The notes under the pieces: model-generated | Seen by the model: only the letters and a program-made list of their open reading frames with translations | Told to the model about the DNA's origin: nothing | Databases searched by the model: none | Shown here: in pieces, positions 1 through 10,856 of the stretch | How the letters are laid out: each line of letters begins with the position of its first letter | Position numbering within the stretch: position 1 is the first letter of the stretch | Assembly: GCA_001662655.1 (NCBI GenBank) | Contig: KV460250.1 | DNA from: Pseudogymnoascus verrucosus | Taxonomy: Eukaryota | DNA: 64,000 nucleotides | Strand: one strand, 5' to 3' | Made by a program: the position numbers and the translations under genes

Positions 1-1
1 C

Positions 2-637
2 GCCACCGACCCACGCACATACTCTTTCATGCTCCTCTTCGTCCTCGACGTCGGCGCCGGCACAATCTCATATTTCATCCCCACCATCACCAAGTCATTG
101 GGCTACGACACCGTCAAAGCGCAGTACATGACTGTCCCCGTGTACGCCGTCGCCACAGTCTGCCTCAACATCTGCGCCTTCTCCGCCGATCGCCACGAGG
201 AGCGAAGATGGCACATCACAGCCGCTCTCTCCCTAGGATTCATCTGTGCCATGGTCTGCGCCATCGTCGAGACACCCGTAGTCCGCTACGTCATGCTCTG
301 CTTCGTCGCCTCTGGGATCTGGAGTGCGCTCCCTCTCATCCTCGCATGGGCATCCAAGACCATTGATCTTCCGGCCGAGAAGCGCGCTATTGCGATCGCG
401 ATGATCAACGCTGTTGGTAATCTGTCGTCTGTGTATGGGAGCCAGATCTGGCCTACTAAGAGCGCTCCGCATTATACTCTGGGCTGGGGTATAACGGCTG
501 GATTCCTGGGTGCGGGTGCTTGTGTGGCTGCTCTGATGCCAGTGTTTATTAAGTTCGTCCCGAATAAACCGACTAAGGCGGAACTTGCGTTGAAGGAGAG
601 GGGTGAGAGGATGATGGCTGAGGCTGCCGCTTTGTAA
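2..637 (+). CDS. MFS transporter, allantoate/anion:cation symporter (Dal5/Tna1-like) family; C-terminal half, 5' part lies outside the window
   Basis: The frame is open from the window start. It has several hydrophobic helices and family-typical segments (FIPTITKSLGY..AQYMTVPVY, ADRHEERRWH, KRAIAIAMINAVGNL). Confidence 0.85.
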   Translation, partial: ATDPRTYSFMLLFVLDVGAGTISYFIPTITKSLGYDTVKAQYMTVPVYAVATVCLNICAFSADRHEERRWHITAALSLGFICAMVCAIVETPVVRYVMLCFVASGIWSALPLILAWASKTIDLPAEKRAIAIAMINAVGNLSSVYGSQIWPTKSAPHYTLGWGITAGFLGAGACVAALMPVFIKFVPNKPTKAELALKERGERMMAEAAAL

Positions 638-1459
638 GAGACGATGTACCGTTTGGTATGGCGTGATATAGTGTGATATTGTAAATAATTCAATGCGTTA
701 TTAGCGTTTAAAAGGAAATACTGCCTAAACTTCAATATTTTTGTGTCCCACGCCCTCCTTGTCTAATTCAAGCCCACCCGTACAAGACTCCCTTCATGGC
801 TATTCAGACCAGCCAATACATTCAGATAGAGTTGTATCGAAATTGCATATCTAGGGGCATCCGCTCTACTATTAGCGATCAATTCTTGAATATGTAGGGC
901 CATAGGAAAAAAGGCCCAAGGGTGGTGTTTGTAGGCTCGATGGTGGGGGTGAGTGGGTATGAAGGAGAAGCTGTGGATTGATGCCGTGAATTAGATATCA
1001 TCAATTAGAGGCTGCGATGGTAACCATGTTTAGTTGAATGGGGAGGAATGGCTTCGTTAAGGCTTGGGGCAATGCTTTCGTCCCTTTTTGGGGCTCCTCC
1101 GTGCAGGTCTGTAGTTTGTTAACCGTGATGGAAAGCCAGTTTGAATACCATAACAGCAAGAACTCAACGAAAGATGCAGTCAAGTCAGTAATCACAGCAT
1201 CCCACTCCCAGAGTCCGGAAAACCACAGTGTGGATAGTAGCAAAAAATGGATATAATATTTTTGTGTTTCTTTCTTTCTTTCTGCGCCGTTGACTTTACA
1301 ACTTTGGTTTGTTTGTTTGTTTGGCTGGTTCGTGCTCCCCGCTCTAAATCAAACTTTCGATAATACTCTTACCATCCGCTTTCCGCTTTCCCCCGTCCCC
1401 CAAACCGACAAAAAAGATTTATATTTTCCTTTCCTCAGACACTAACACATATCTCCCCT

Positions 1460-3294
1460 CTACTCCGCGGCATTGCTCCTCGTAGTCCTCTTGTTAACCT
1501 CCGACTTCCCGGCATCCACCGCCGAAGCAGCAGCACTACCAGCCTTCTCCTTTCCCTCCTTCACAGCCGCCTTCCCTTGCTTAGCAGCCGCCTTGACCTT
1601 CGGCGCCGGTGCGGAACCCAGAGTCAGAAGACCAACCAAAACACCGAGAAGCGTAAGGGCGCCAACACCAGCGCCGATAGCGACCTCAGGGACGTACTTG
1701 ATAGCCTCAATAGGGTCGTGCTTAGCGATGGTAATGAAGAGGTCCAACTTCTGCTTGACGAACTTGACGGGGTCGTCGCCAAATTCAATGTCGAGGTCAG
1801 ACTTGGGCTTGTCCTCAGCCTTGGGCTTGGCGGCGAGCTCGGCGGCCTTCTCGGCGGCGTGCTTGACGTCGAAGGTCTCGGCGGCGAGGGCCTCGGCGTC
1901 GGCGATGGAGTGGCCGATGTAGATGTTGTCGAAGAGGATGTCGTTCTGCATGGTCCAGATCTCGAAGCCGATGGCTCCCATGGGCTCGAGGTTGGAGGGC
2001 TTCTTGTCCTCGTAGTAGTTGGGGTTCTTGATCTTCCTTGGTGCCCAGACGCCCTTGTAGTCGGGGTTGTCGATGAGCGGGGCAACCCACTTGCCCTTAT
2101 ACTCGGGGTTGGCCTTCATGGGCTTAGTCCATGGGCCGCATCCGGAGGCCTCCTCGCACTTGGGGTTGGGGATGCTGGGGGCGATCCAGTCTCCGTCCTC
2201 CTCGTCATCCCAGTCCTCGGGCTTGAGGGCCTCTGGGTCGGGGATGACCTGGGCCTCGGTCTCGAGCCAGTCGGCGGGCATCTCAGCCTCCTCGTCGACG
2301 ATCTCGAAGGGGGCTTCCTCGTTCCAGTCCTCGGGCTTCTTGGCCTCGGGGTCGGCGATGCGGGCCTCGTCAACCCAGGTGTCTGGCTTGCTATCCTTAG
2401 CGTCGTCGATCTCCTTCTCAGGGTTGAAGGATGGGGTGAAGTCCTCCAGGAGGCTGCCCTCCTTGACCTGCTTGCCGTTCTGTCGGATGGCGAAGGTGCT
2501 GTTGGGGTGCACGATGAGGGTGTAGAGCTCAGTGGTCTTGGAGATCTGGGCGGTGGGTGGAGAGTTCATGTGCTTCTCCTCATATTCGCCAGTCTTGGGG
2601 TTCTTGTGGTTGACGATGAAGTGGACCTTGTTGGTGTGGCCGCACTTGTCGGGACCAAACATGATCACGTAAGGGGAGGAGTTGGCGAACTCCTCCTGGT
2701 GAAGGGCCTTGTTGTCTCTGAGGAGCTTCAGGTAGGCGCCTCCGCACTCGAGGCCGTCTAAATCAAGTCAGCAAGGGAATTCAAGTTCAAGTTGGAATCT
2801 AGATCTACTCACTTTGAAGCTTGACCTCGTACTGAACAACAAGAGTCTTGCCCTTGTTCTCAATTGGCTTGGGGAACTTGGCCGAGATGGCGTGGTGAGC
2901 AGCCGCGTTCTTGACAACGAGGCCCTTGTCGCCATCCATGCCCTTGAACACATGTGGCTCCTCAACAGCCCACTCGCCGACGTATGCCCACTCCTCATCC
3001 ACATCGGATCCCTTCATATCCTTCTTCGCGTGGGATGGCTTCCATCGCTGCTCCCAGTCGTCTGTGAACTGCTCGACGAAGTCGCCCTTAATCTTGGTAG
3101 GCTATTGTGTTCAAGTTAGCTGGATGTCGACGAACTGTGCAGATGGCAAGAGGAGGGTTTAAGCTTACGGTGAAGGAAGGAAGAACGGCGGAGTCAACCG
3201 CAGCAGAGGCTTCGGTATCTTTTACTTCAGCCTGGGCGTGGGCAGCTCCCGCGAGGAGAGCTGTCGATAGGACGGCCGCAGCGTTGAAACGCAT
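1460..3294 (-). CDS. CNE1: Calnexin (ER lectin chaperone); 3 exons, introns ~3102-3168 and ~2758-2812
   Basis: Signal peptide [36 protein letters not shown]-domain repeats ([13 protein letters not shown]), GFEIWTMQ and a C-terminal TM helix. Confidence 0.97.
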
Positions 3295-3967
3295 GATGGA
3301 CAACGACTTAACAAGTCAATCAAGGGATCAAAGTGCAATTATGGTTTAATACAATTGCAGCAGGAGTGCAAATCTGAATTCCCGAACTCAAAGTGTCTTT
3401 GAGAGGGGAGGTAAGTTTGGGGAAATACACAATGGCAGATGGAAGGAGAGGAGAGGAGGTGTTTGAGAGGGTGACGGTGGAATTTAAGTCCGGGGTCAGG
3501 GAATCCAAAAGAACACATATCAATTACTAGTGAGGGGACCACCGACCACGTACCGAATTGCATAATAAGCTCAGTGTCAGTGGCACTTGCTGTATGAAGT
3601 TAAGGAAGGATGAGGCCAGTCTTACTAAAACAACTTCTTACTTATTGCATAATATAACATCTTCTTCTTCTTAAGAGAGACGCGCATGCCTCATCAATAT
3701 CTAACTATGTGGTTTATGCGGTCGATGTTAATGTTCCTGTCGCGCCCGTTATCTTATTTACTTTAGACCGAAAGTACTCTAGCTAGAGCTCTCTTGCTCT
3801 CTACAACAGGTGGTCGGCACCTATGGCACCTATCAGACAAATTGATCAATCAGAGCTCGATGATAGAGCACCACTTACGATTTCGCAATCGCTAAGGTAC
3901 CAACAGCCCAAAAAAATAGTAAAGAAGGTGTCAAGAGATGACGACCGACTGCATCATAGCTTCAGCA

Positions 3968-3975
3968 TATATAAA
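3968..3975 (+). promoter_or_regulatory. TATA box upstream of MDE1
   Basis: TATATAAA lies ~100 nt before the ATG and is followed by a CT-rich tract. Confidence 0.6.
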
Positions 3976-4077
3976 TCCCACTTAATAACAAACTATTTTC
4001 CTCTAATCTACCCATCTCCCATCTCTCGTCCGTCTCTTCATCTCTTTCAATCGCCCAAACACCTCAAAAACGAAGCC

Positions 4078-4951
4078 ATGGCCGTAATCGGGACCCCCCC
4101 ACTAGAGCCTGCCACAAACACCAGCAATGACCATCTCGTGAAGTCGGATGACTCCCAACACCCCGCCAACCTCATCCCCGAGCTCTGCGCAAAGTTCTGG
4201 CACCTGGGCTGGGTCACAGGAACCGGCGGGGGAGCCAGCATCCGCCAGGAGTGAGTCCCCGTCCCCCTCATCGCGCAAACCTCTACCCATGCATGATCTA
4301 ACGACCCCGCCAGTGACCTCGTCTACCTCGCACCCTCCGGCGTGCAGAAAGAGCTCATGAAGCCCGAAGACATCTACGTGCTCTCGCTGAAGGCGCAGAC
4401 CGACCCAAAACAGCGCATCTACCTACGCTCCCCGCCGTCCTTCAAGCCTTCGCAATGTACCCCGCTCTTCCTGGCAGCGTTCAACAAGCGCAACGCCGGG
4501 TGCTGCATCCACACGCACTCGCAGTGGGCGGTGTTGATTACGTTGCTGCTGGAGCAGAGCGGGGCGGAGACGGATATCTTTGAGATTAATAATATTGAGC
4601 AGATCAAGGGGTTTGGGAGGGGGTTCCAGAAGACGGGGAATCTGGGGTACCATGATACGTTGAGGATTCCGGTGATTGAGAATACGCCGTTTGAGGAGGA
4701 CCTGACGGATAGCTTGGAGGCGGCGATGGATAAATACCCGGATACTTATGCGGTGTTGGTTAGGAGACATGGGATCTACGTGTGGGGTGAGACTGTTCAC
4801 AAGGCAAAGACACAGTGCGAAAGGTCAGTCGTCGGTGTCGTATTCAATGCATATAATCACAAGCTAACTCCCCCACAGCTTAGACTACCTCTTCCAGCTC
4901 GCCGTTGAGATGAAGAAGCTCAGCCTCCCATGGCTGAGCAACATAGTTTAG
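4078..4951 (+). CDS. MDE1: Methylthioribulose-1-phosphate dehydratase (methionine salvage, class II aldolase fold); 3 exons
   Basis: Motifs [35 protein letters not shown] and [13 protein letters not shown]. Confidence 0.95.
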
Positions 4952-5125
4952 AACAAAATGCCAATACAACATTGAAATTGAAGGAAGAACTGAATTGGCA
5001 ATTCCCCTAACTACTTCTTGAACGGACCGATTAAAAGATTATTACGCGATATGGTACCCTCATTCATATTCCATACGCCGCTATTCCAAGGACACCCACC
5101 CGAGACACAAATCAAGGCCACCATC

Positions 5126-5814
5126 TTACAATGCGAGCATCATGGCGAACAGACCAAGACCAGCACCAACGGAGACGCTGACGGCCATGTTGGCGGCAGC
5201 ACCGGTTGGGGTGGCGGATGGAGAAGCATTGGTGCCGGTGGCCTTCACGTCGGAGCCGGAGCCGGACGAAGAGGCGCCACCGGAGCTGGAGTCAGTGCCG
5301 GAGCCAGTTCCAGATCCAGAGTCAGCTGTAAATAGTATATTAGCGCGTTATTCTTCGGTAATTGGGTATGTGGGAGGTAAAACTCACTGCCAGTTGAGGT
5401 AGAGGAAGCAGCACTGGAGGTCTCAGAGGCGGATGGCACGGGAGAGAGGGCGTTGCAGCCCTGGAGGCACTCCTTGTAGGACAGGTTGCCGGCGGCCGAG
5501 CCGTCGCCCTTGGGGCAGGCGGCCTGGCAGTCTCCGATGGGGTTCACGGAGTTGGCGAGGAGCTGGCACTTGGCGCGGCAGTCGTTGTCGTTGGAGGGGC
5601 CTGTGAAAGTTGTTAGGATCTGCTGTGGAAAGCGCGACTGGAGAGTTGATGACTTACAAGTCGCGAGACAGCGGGTGGCGGCCAGCTGGCCAGGGGTGGG
5701 CAATGCGGTGCCGGAGACAGCTGGGCTCTCGGTGGTGGCAGTGCCGTTGTTGGCCTGAGCCTGGACGGAGAGGGCGGCGACGACCGTGGACAGGAAGATG
5801 GTGGAGAAACGCAT
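5126..5814 (-). CDS. Small secreted, probably GPI-anchored Cys-rich cell-surface protein with a Ser/Gly/Thr-rich stalk; introns 5601-5657 and 5326-5387
   Basis: N-terminal signal peptide, repeated CxxxC motifs, an S/G/T-rich region and a hydrophobic C-terminus (TGAAANMAVSVSVGAGLGLFAMMLAL*). Confidence 0.85.
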
Positions 5815-6554
5815 ATTTGCTGTAGTATTAAGATAAAGTACTGAGTGAGAGCTTTTGTAGAATTAGAATCGAGATGGTAAGCAAAAACGAATGTGGTGTG
5901 CGAAAAAGGTGAATTTGGAAAAGTATGGTAGGAGAGAGAAGATGTGTTCTTGGAAACAGCAGGATCGAGATGATGTGGGATCCGAGGTGAGTCCTATTTT
6001 AAGATTTAGGGGGCGGCAATCGTTGCCGTGCCAGCCGAAAAGGTCAAAGACATCAACATCGAATACGAGGCAGGGCGACTAAGACAGAATGTTTAGTATT
6101 TTCTCAATCAGGCCGCATGCATGCCGCTTGTCTCTGATTTTCTGATCGTTTGATCGTTTGCTACATATCGTCTTTAATTTCAATGGAGATGAGCAATGAA
6201 ATGCAAGGGAATTGCGCAGAATTGAAGGGGGGAAGGTTTCAATGGACACTGAAACCGGCTCGAGCATGTGTCACTGAATCTCCCGATTTGCTGTTTCGCG
6301 CAGCACGAGTACAACGCTGTCTCCGCAAATTTTTCCATATCAAGGGATATTAAATGAATATCAAATCTGCATACAAACAAAATAATCTTCAATTGATACG
6401 CAAACAAGTGCTACCAATAACTAACTCGTCATTAACTTACACCCGATGACCGAACAGCGAGCCGCCGTTCGGGTAGCAATCACTGACAACTGACAGTTGC
6501 TGGGGGTGATCGGCTACACTGATTCATCGCTCCAGTGATCGGCTCCGGGCTCCA

Positions 6555-6588
6555 CAGCCCCAGCCCCAGCCCCAGCCCCAGCCCCAGC
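6555..6588. repeat. (CAGCCC)5 hexanucleotide microsatellite upstream of DUT1
   Basis: Read directly from the sequence. Confidence 0.95.
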
Positions 6589-6705
6589 GGATCAACAAGG
6601 CTTAACCCCAGCCTCGCCATACACTTAAAGTCGCGTCTCCCCCAGGTCGCGTCCAACCGCGTCGTCGTCGAGTCAAGTTTCCATCCGAACTCTCAACCCC
6701 CAAAA

Positions 6706-7370
6706 ATGTCCACCCCACCACCCCCAGACCTCACATCCCCGATTTCCTCACCCCTCCCTAAACGCACCAAGACCGCACACGACTCTTCCATTCAAGCCCC
6801 AATTAACGGAATAATGGGTTCTTCTGCCCCCGCTGCTGCTTCGGTCCCTGTGACTAAGGTCCAGGATGGTCCACACCTCCTCATCAAGAAGCTGAGCGAC
6901 AAGGCGAAGCTGCCTACTCGGGGTAGCGCTTTTGCGGCGGGTTATGATCTGTACGCGAGCAAGGAGACGACTATTCCTGCAAGGGGAAAGGGCCTTGTTG
7001 ATACCGACCTGAGCATGGCTGTGCCTGCTGGAACCTGTACGTCGCCCCTCCCCTTTCACCCCTCAGAGCACCCCAGTTAGACCCGTTACTAACTCCCCTG
7101 ATAGATGGACGCATCGCCCCTCGCTCCGGGCTCGCCGCCAAGAACTTCATCGATACCGGCGCTGGCGTTATCGATGCCGATTACCGTGGCCAAGTCAAGG
7201 TGCTGCTTTTCAACCACAGCGATGTGGATTTCGAGATTAAGGAGCATGACCGCATAGCACAGTTGGTGTTGGAGAGGATTTACACGCCGGAGGTTATGGA
7301 GGTTGCGGAGCTGGAGGAGAGTGTTAGGGGAGAGGGTGGCTTTGGAAGCACCGGTGTTGCTAAGGCTTGA
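6706..7370 (+). CDS. DUT1: dUTP pyrophosphatase; 2 exons
   Basis: dUTPase motifs [31 protein letters not shown] and [10 protein letters not shown], plus an N-terminal NLS-like SPLPKRTK. Confidence 0.97.
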
Positions 7371-7582
7371 TTTGGGATAAATAAATTGGAATTGGAGTAG
7401 TTATGATGAGATGCAGTTATGTGGTATAGATGGTGGTCAGATTTGGTTTAACTACCTGTCTCCTATTCTCTCGCTCGCATCGTCTCTGTTTAGTGATTCT
7501 CATTCCATTGCCAACTCTGAACAACAGTTCTACTATATAGTTGTAATCTAAATGTGTTCTCATATACTCACCAAACCTCCCT

Positions 7583-8896
7583 TCACACCGCACCAATCGC
7601 CAAATTCCCAACAATATCAATCTTCTCCGCCTGATACTTCACCTCCGGATGCTTCAAACACTCCAAATTCCTCACCAGCCTCACCTCCGCCGCCTTAGTC
7701 CTCATCAAATGCCTCGTCTTCTCAACATCAACACCGTCCCCCGCCCCATTAGCAGCAACCTTCGCCTCCCACGCCGCAATCTCCTCATCCCTCTTCACCA
7801 GCGTCCTTGCCAAAACCTCTTGCATACTCGCCAGCGCCCTCTCAACAGCCCTCGCCAACGGTAAGTCAGTCTCAGACACCTCATCACCACTCACCCACGA
7901 CTCTTTCCGGCCGAGTCTCTCAACAGCACATACCGCCTCGCGCAGCCTTACAACCATAAGCGCTGCGAGCATGTCACCTGTGCCGGAGAAGAAGCAGTCG
8001 AGTGACGGGACTTGGACGCGGAAGATACGTGGTTTATCCAGTGAGGTCTTCGTGCTTCCTACCACTGAGAGAGAGGGGACTTCGCCTAGCGCGGTGAGGT
8101 TGACGGATGTTATAAGGATATGTGGGACTTTATAGATTTCGTGGATGGAAGTGATAGCTTTCTTTAGCGATTCCACGTCTGTGATTTTGACGCCTGAGAG
8201 CCACCTGGTGGGTATTAGCCAATTTCTCTTGGGGAAGTGAAAGGGGCAACGAACTCTGCTTCAAACTGATTCGGCATGATTAAATCCGCATCATACACCA
8301 GCTTCTTATACGCCGGCACGACATCCTCCGCAACGTATAATTTCCCATTATCCCCCATCACCGGATCGAGCACCCAGAAGAAACTCCCCGGCTTCTCAGC
8401 AGCTTTGGATTTCAAATCCCGCGCGATGGTGCCAACTACCTCCACTGCCTCCCTGCCGGGTATGTATCCAGAGAGCATCATATCGAAGTCATCGAGTCCC
8501 GAGTTCTTTAGCCCGGTGTATAAATCGTCGATATCAGCTGCTGTCGCTTTCGTGCCTTTGACCTGTCGGTATCCCGTGTGGTTGCCTTCACCAATTGTTA
8601 GCCGTCGCGCGCTCTCAATGGGCGCAGGGACGGCATACTGAAGTTCACGGTGTTTATGGCCGAGGCTTCACAGCCCAGTGCTTGCAGCACGAAGGCTGCC
8701 ATTGTGTTCCCGACATATCTGCGCGATCTTAGTTGGTGACTCGTGGGGGCTGGACGCGTCGTAGAGGGACTCACCCATAGGTGACCTTGGAGATACATTG
8801 TCAGTTCGGGGACGCCAGTTAATAGTAGTAGTGTATCCATACATGGCTTGCGATGGTGAGAACCCTAGTCTCAGGTATCAAATCCTTGGTCGCCAT
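7583..8896 (-). CDS. BUD16: Pyridoxal kinase; multi-exon, including an 11-nt microexon at 8775-8785
   Basis: RVLTIASHVTYGYVGN, NTVNFSNHTGY, LDPVMGDNG, PNQFEAE and the ribokinase-family motif FSGTGD. Confidence 0.93.
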
Positions 8897-9411
8897 TGTT
8901 CGATATGCAGGAGTAGTAATGCGGGGTTGGGTGCGGGGTCCTGAATGGATTAGTCCGGCCCGTCCTCAGAATTACGGCGGTCGTGTTCAGGGCGGTGAGG
9001 ACGGAGACGCTCAACGGGGGTATTATGGATGTATGTATAGACTTTATATAGATGATAGAGGGATGACGGATTCAGTTTGTAGTCACGAAATATGACTCGG
9101 GACCCTAGCGGCTCCTTCGGGGATTGTGGGGAAGTGTCTTGGCGAAGCTGTATGTCTATCGTCACCGCATCTACGCATCTACACACGTCACATAGGGCAT
9201 TTACAGCAGTGGGTGAACTCTATTGTTCTCGGGATCTGTTTGTAACAGTAGTATTCATGTTTGTCTGAACCTTAGCTAAAACATTTTTGTTCATTCCTCG
9301 TAAAAAAAAAGACAATAATCGCAGACGAGAAGAACCAGTATCCATGAAAGTCAACCATACGCGCCCTGCAGGATGTCAAATGCTGTTTATATCATTACTA
9401 TCCCAATCCAT

Positions 9412-10415
9412 CTATTCGTCGTCACCAATCTAGAGCACGTTAGTAGAGTACAGACAGTAATGATGGTGGTGGAAATTACCTTTGGTGCCAGGTAAAACCT
9501 CAAGTAGCTGCTGCCGGCCAGCGCATACTCTACCAGCAGAGGAACCTCGGGGGAGAGGCACAGCTTAACCGTTCCGGACAAGCCGGAGGCCTTGCAGAAG
9601 TTGACGAGGTACTTGAGGGAGAAGGTTAAGGCGACGGAGTCGGTGAGCTCAATCTCAACATTGTTTTCTGGCTTGTCGACGTTTGTGTGGCTGCGGAGGG
9701 TAACAGCTCCGTTTCCGATATCACCAGCGCACGAGAACTTGACTCCATCCTTGGAGGCCTCGATAGAAACTACGGAGCTTGTTAGATAATGTACGTGTTT
9801 GGGGAGTGCCACGGTGGGTAGTAGCTTACCAGACTCAGAAAGTGCCATCAAGTCCATGCAGATTCTCTTGAACTCAGCAGATGGCATAGAGACGGTAGCG
9901 GAGTACTCGGTCTCTGGGATACCAAGATGCTCCTGGTCAATATCCATCAACTTGAGGTCATACTCGCTCAACCTGTCGCTGTCACTGCTCTCAAAGACAA
10001 GGTTCAACACATCAGGCGCGTCCTCAGCCTTGATAGTGAGAATGTCCTCGTTCTGTGCCGCACGGAGAACCTTGGTTAAAGACGTAAGGTTAACACCAAG
10101 CGCGATGTTGCGGTCGCATCTGTATGGGGAAAATCCCTCGGCCTTGAGCATCATGGACACGAGCGCGACGTGCGAGTTGTCCATGGCCTGGAGGGCGATT
10201 CCGGAGTCATTGCAGTCGAAGTTGCAGTCTTGCACCAGATCCTTAATGGCATCGACAACCTGCACAGGTTAGTCTGTATCTTCGTGAAGTGTAATCGGCC
10301 CATGCTCACCTTCTTCAGCAGGTTTGCCTGTTCGAGACGTGCTTCAAGCACTGGTAATAGTCAGCAGCGGAACCAATGGTCACATTGAAGATAAGGAAGG
10401 TGATCTTGACATACT
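9412..10415 (-). CDS. POL30: Proliferating cell nuclear antigen (PCNA); start codon split by intron 10351-10414
   Basis: [40 protein letters not shown] and FYLAPKIGDDE*. Confidence 0.98.
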
Positions 10416-10507
10416 TTTGGCGGTATTTTGTGGTTTGTTGTGTGTGAGGTATAGAGACGATGTTGAGGTTGAGTGACGGGAGTTGCGTTGATTGCAGTTT
10501 ACGTGGT

Positions 10508-10623
10508 TTTCGTGAAGTGAGAAGTGTGGAGGGGCAAGGGACGCGTTCAAGTAGCGTGTTTGCTCTACGCGTTAAGTGGTTTCCACTGTGACAGCCCCCC
10601 TAAATATATCGATTGTCACGTGA
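10508..10623. promoter_or_regulatory. G1/S-type promoter elements of PCNA: MCB ACGCGT x2 (10541-46, 10567-72), SCB-like TTTCGTG (10508-14), E-box GTCACGTGA (10615-23)
   Basis: Exact motif matches 90-210 nt upstream of the PCNA start. PCNA is a classic MBF target in yeasts. Confidence 0.7.
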
Positions 10624-10856
10624 TTGTCAGACAATTCAGATTTCTTCAACGAAGGGGAAGCATCTGAGAGAGCACAGTACGAGCAGGATATCCTATTATG
10701 TATCTAATTACAGATTTCCGGGTATATGTATATGCTCCTGGGCTCCTGGCCATGCGGGTGGGCTTCCACCTTGGAAAGCACCACTAATTAATTTTAAATG
10801 AAATTGTCGCCGTCAGGCCCTGACTTGGTCAAATATATACAGTAAAAATTCGTTCA

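Noticed and set aside
1577..2761. 394-aa + strand ORF opposite calnexin, and similar antisense ORFs over SEC9, SF3B1, GTPBP and RAX2
   Set aside because: These are shadow ORFs caused by codon bias in the real genes and have no recognisable protein features.
3823..4077. In-frame upstream ATG extending MDE1 by 85 aa
   Set aside because: It lies upstream of the TATA box at 3968 and the CT-rich leader, and the extension is not protein-like.
6535..6705. GTG-initiated N-terminal extension of DUT1 (possible mitochondrial isoform)
   Set aside because: It runs through a microsatellite and probable promoter elements, has a non-ATG start and is not a convincing presequence.
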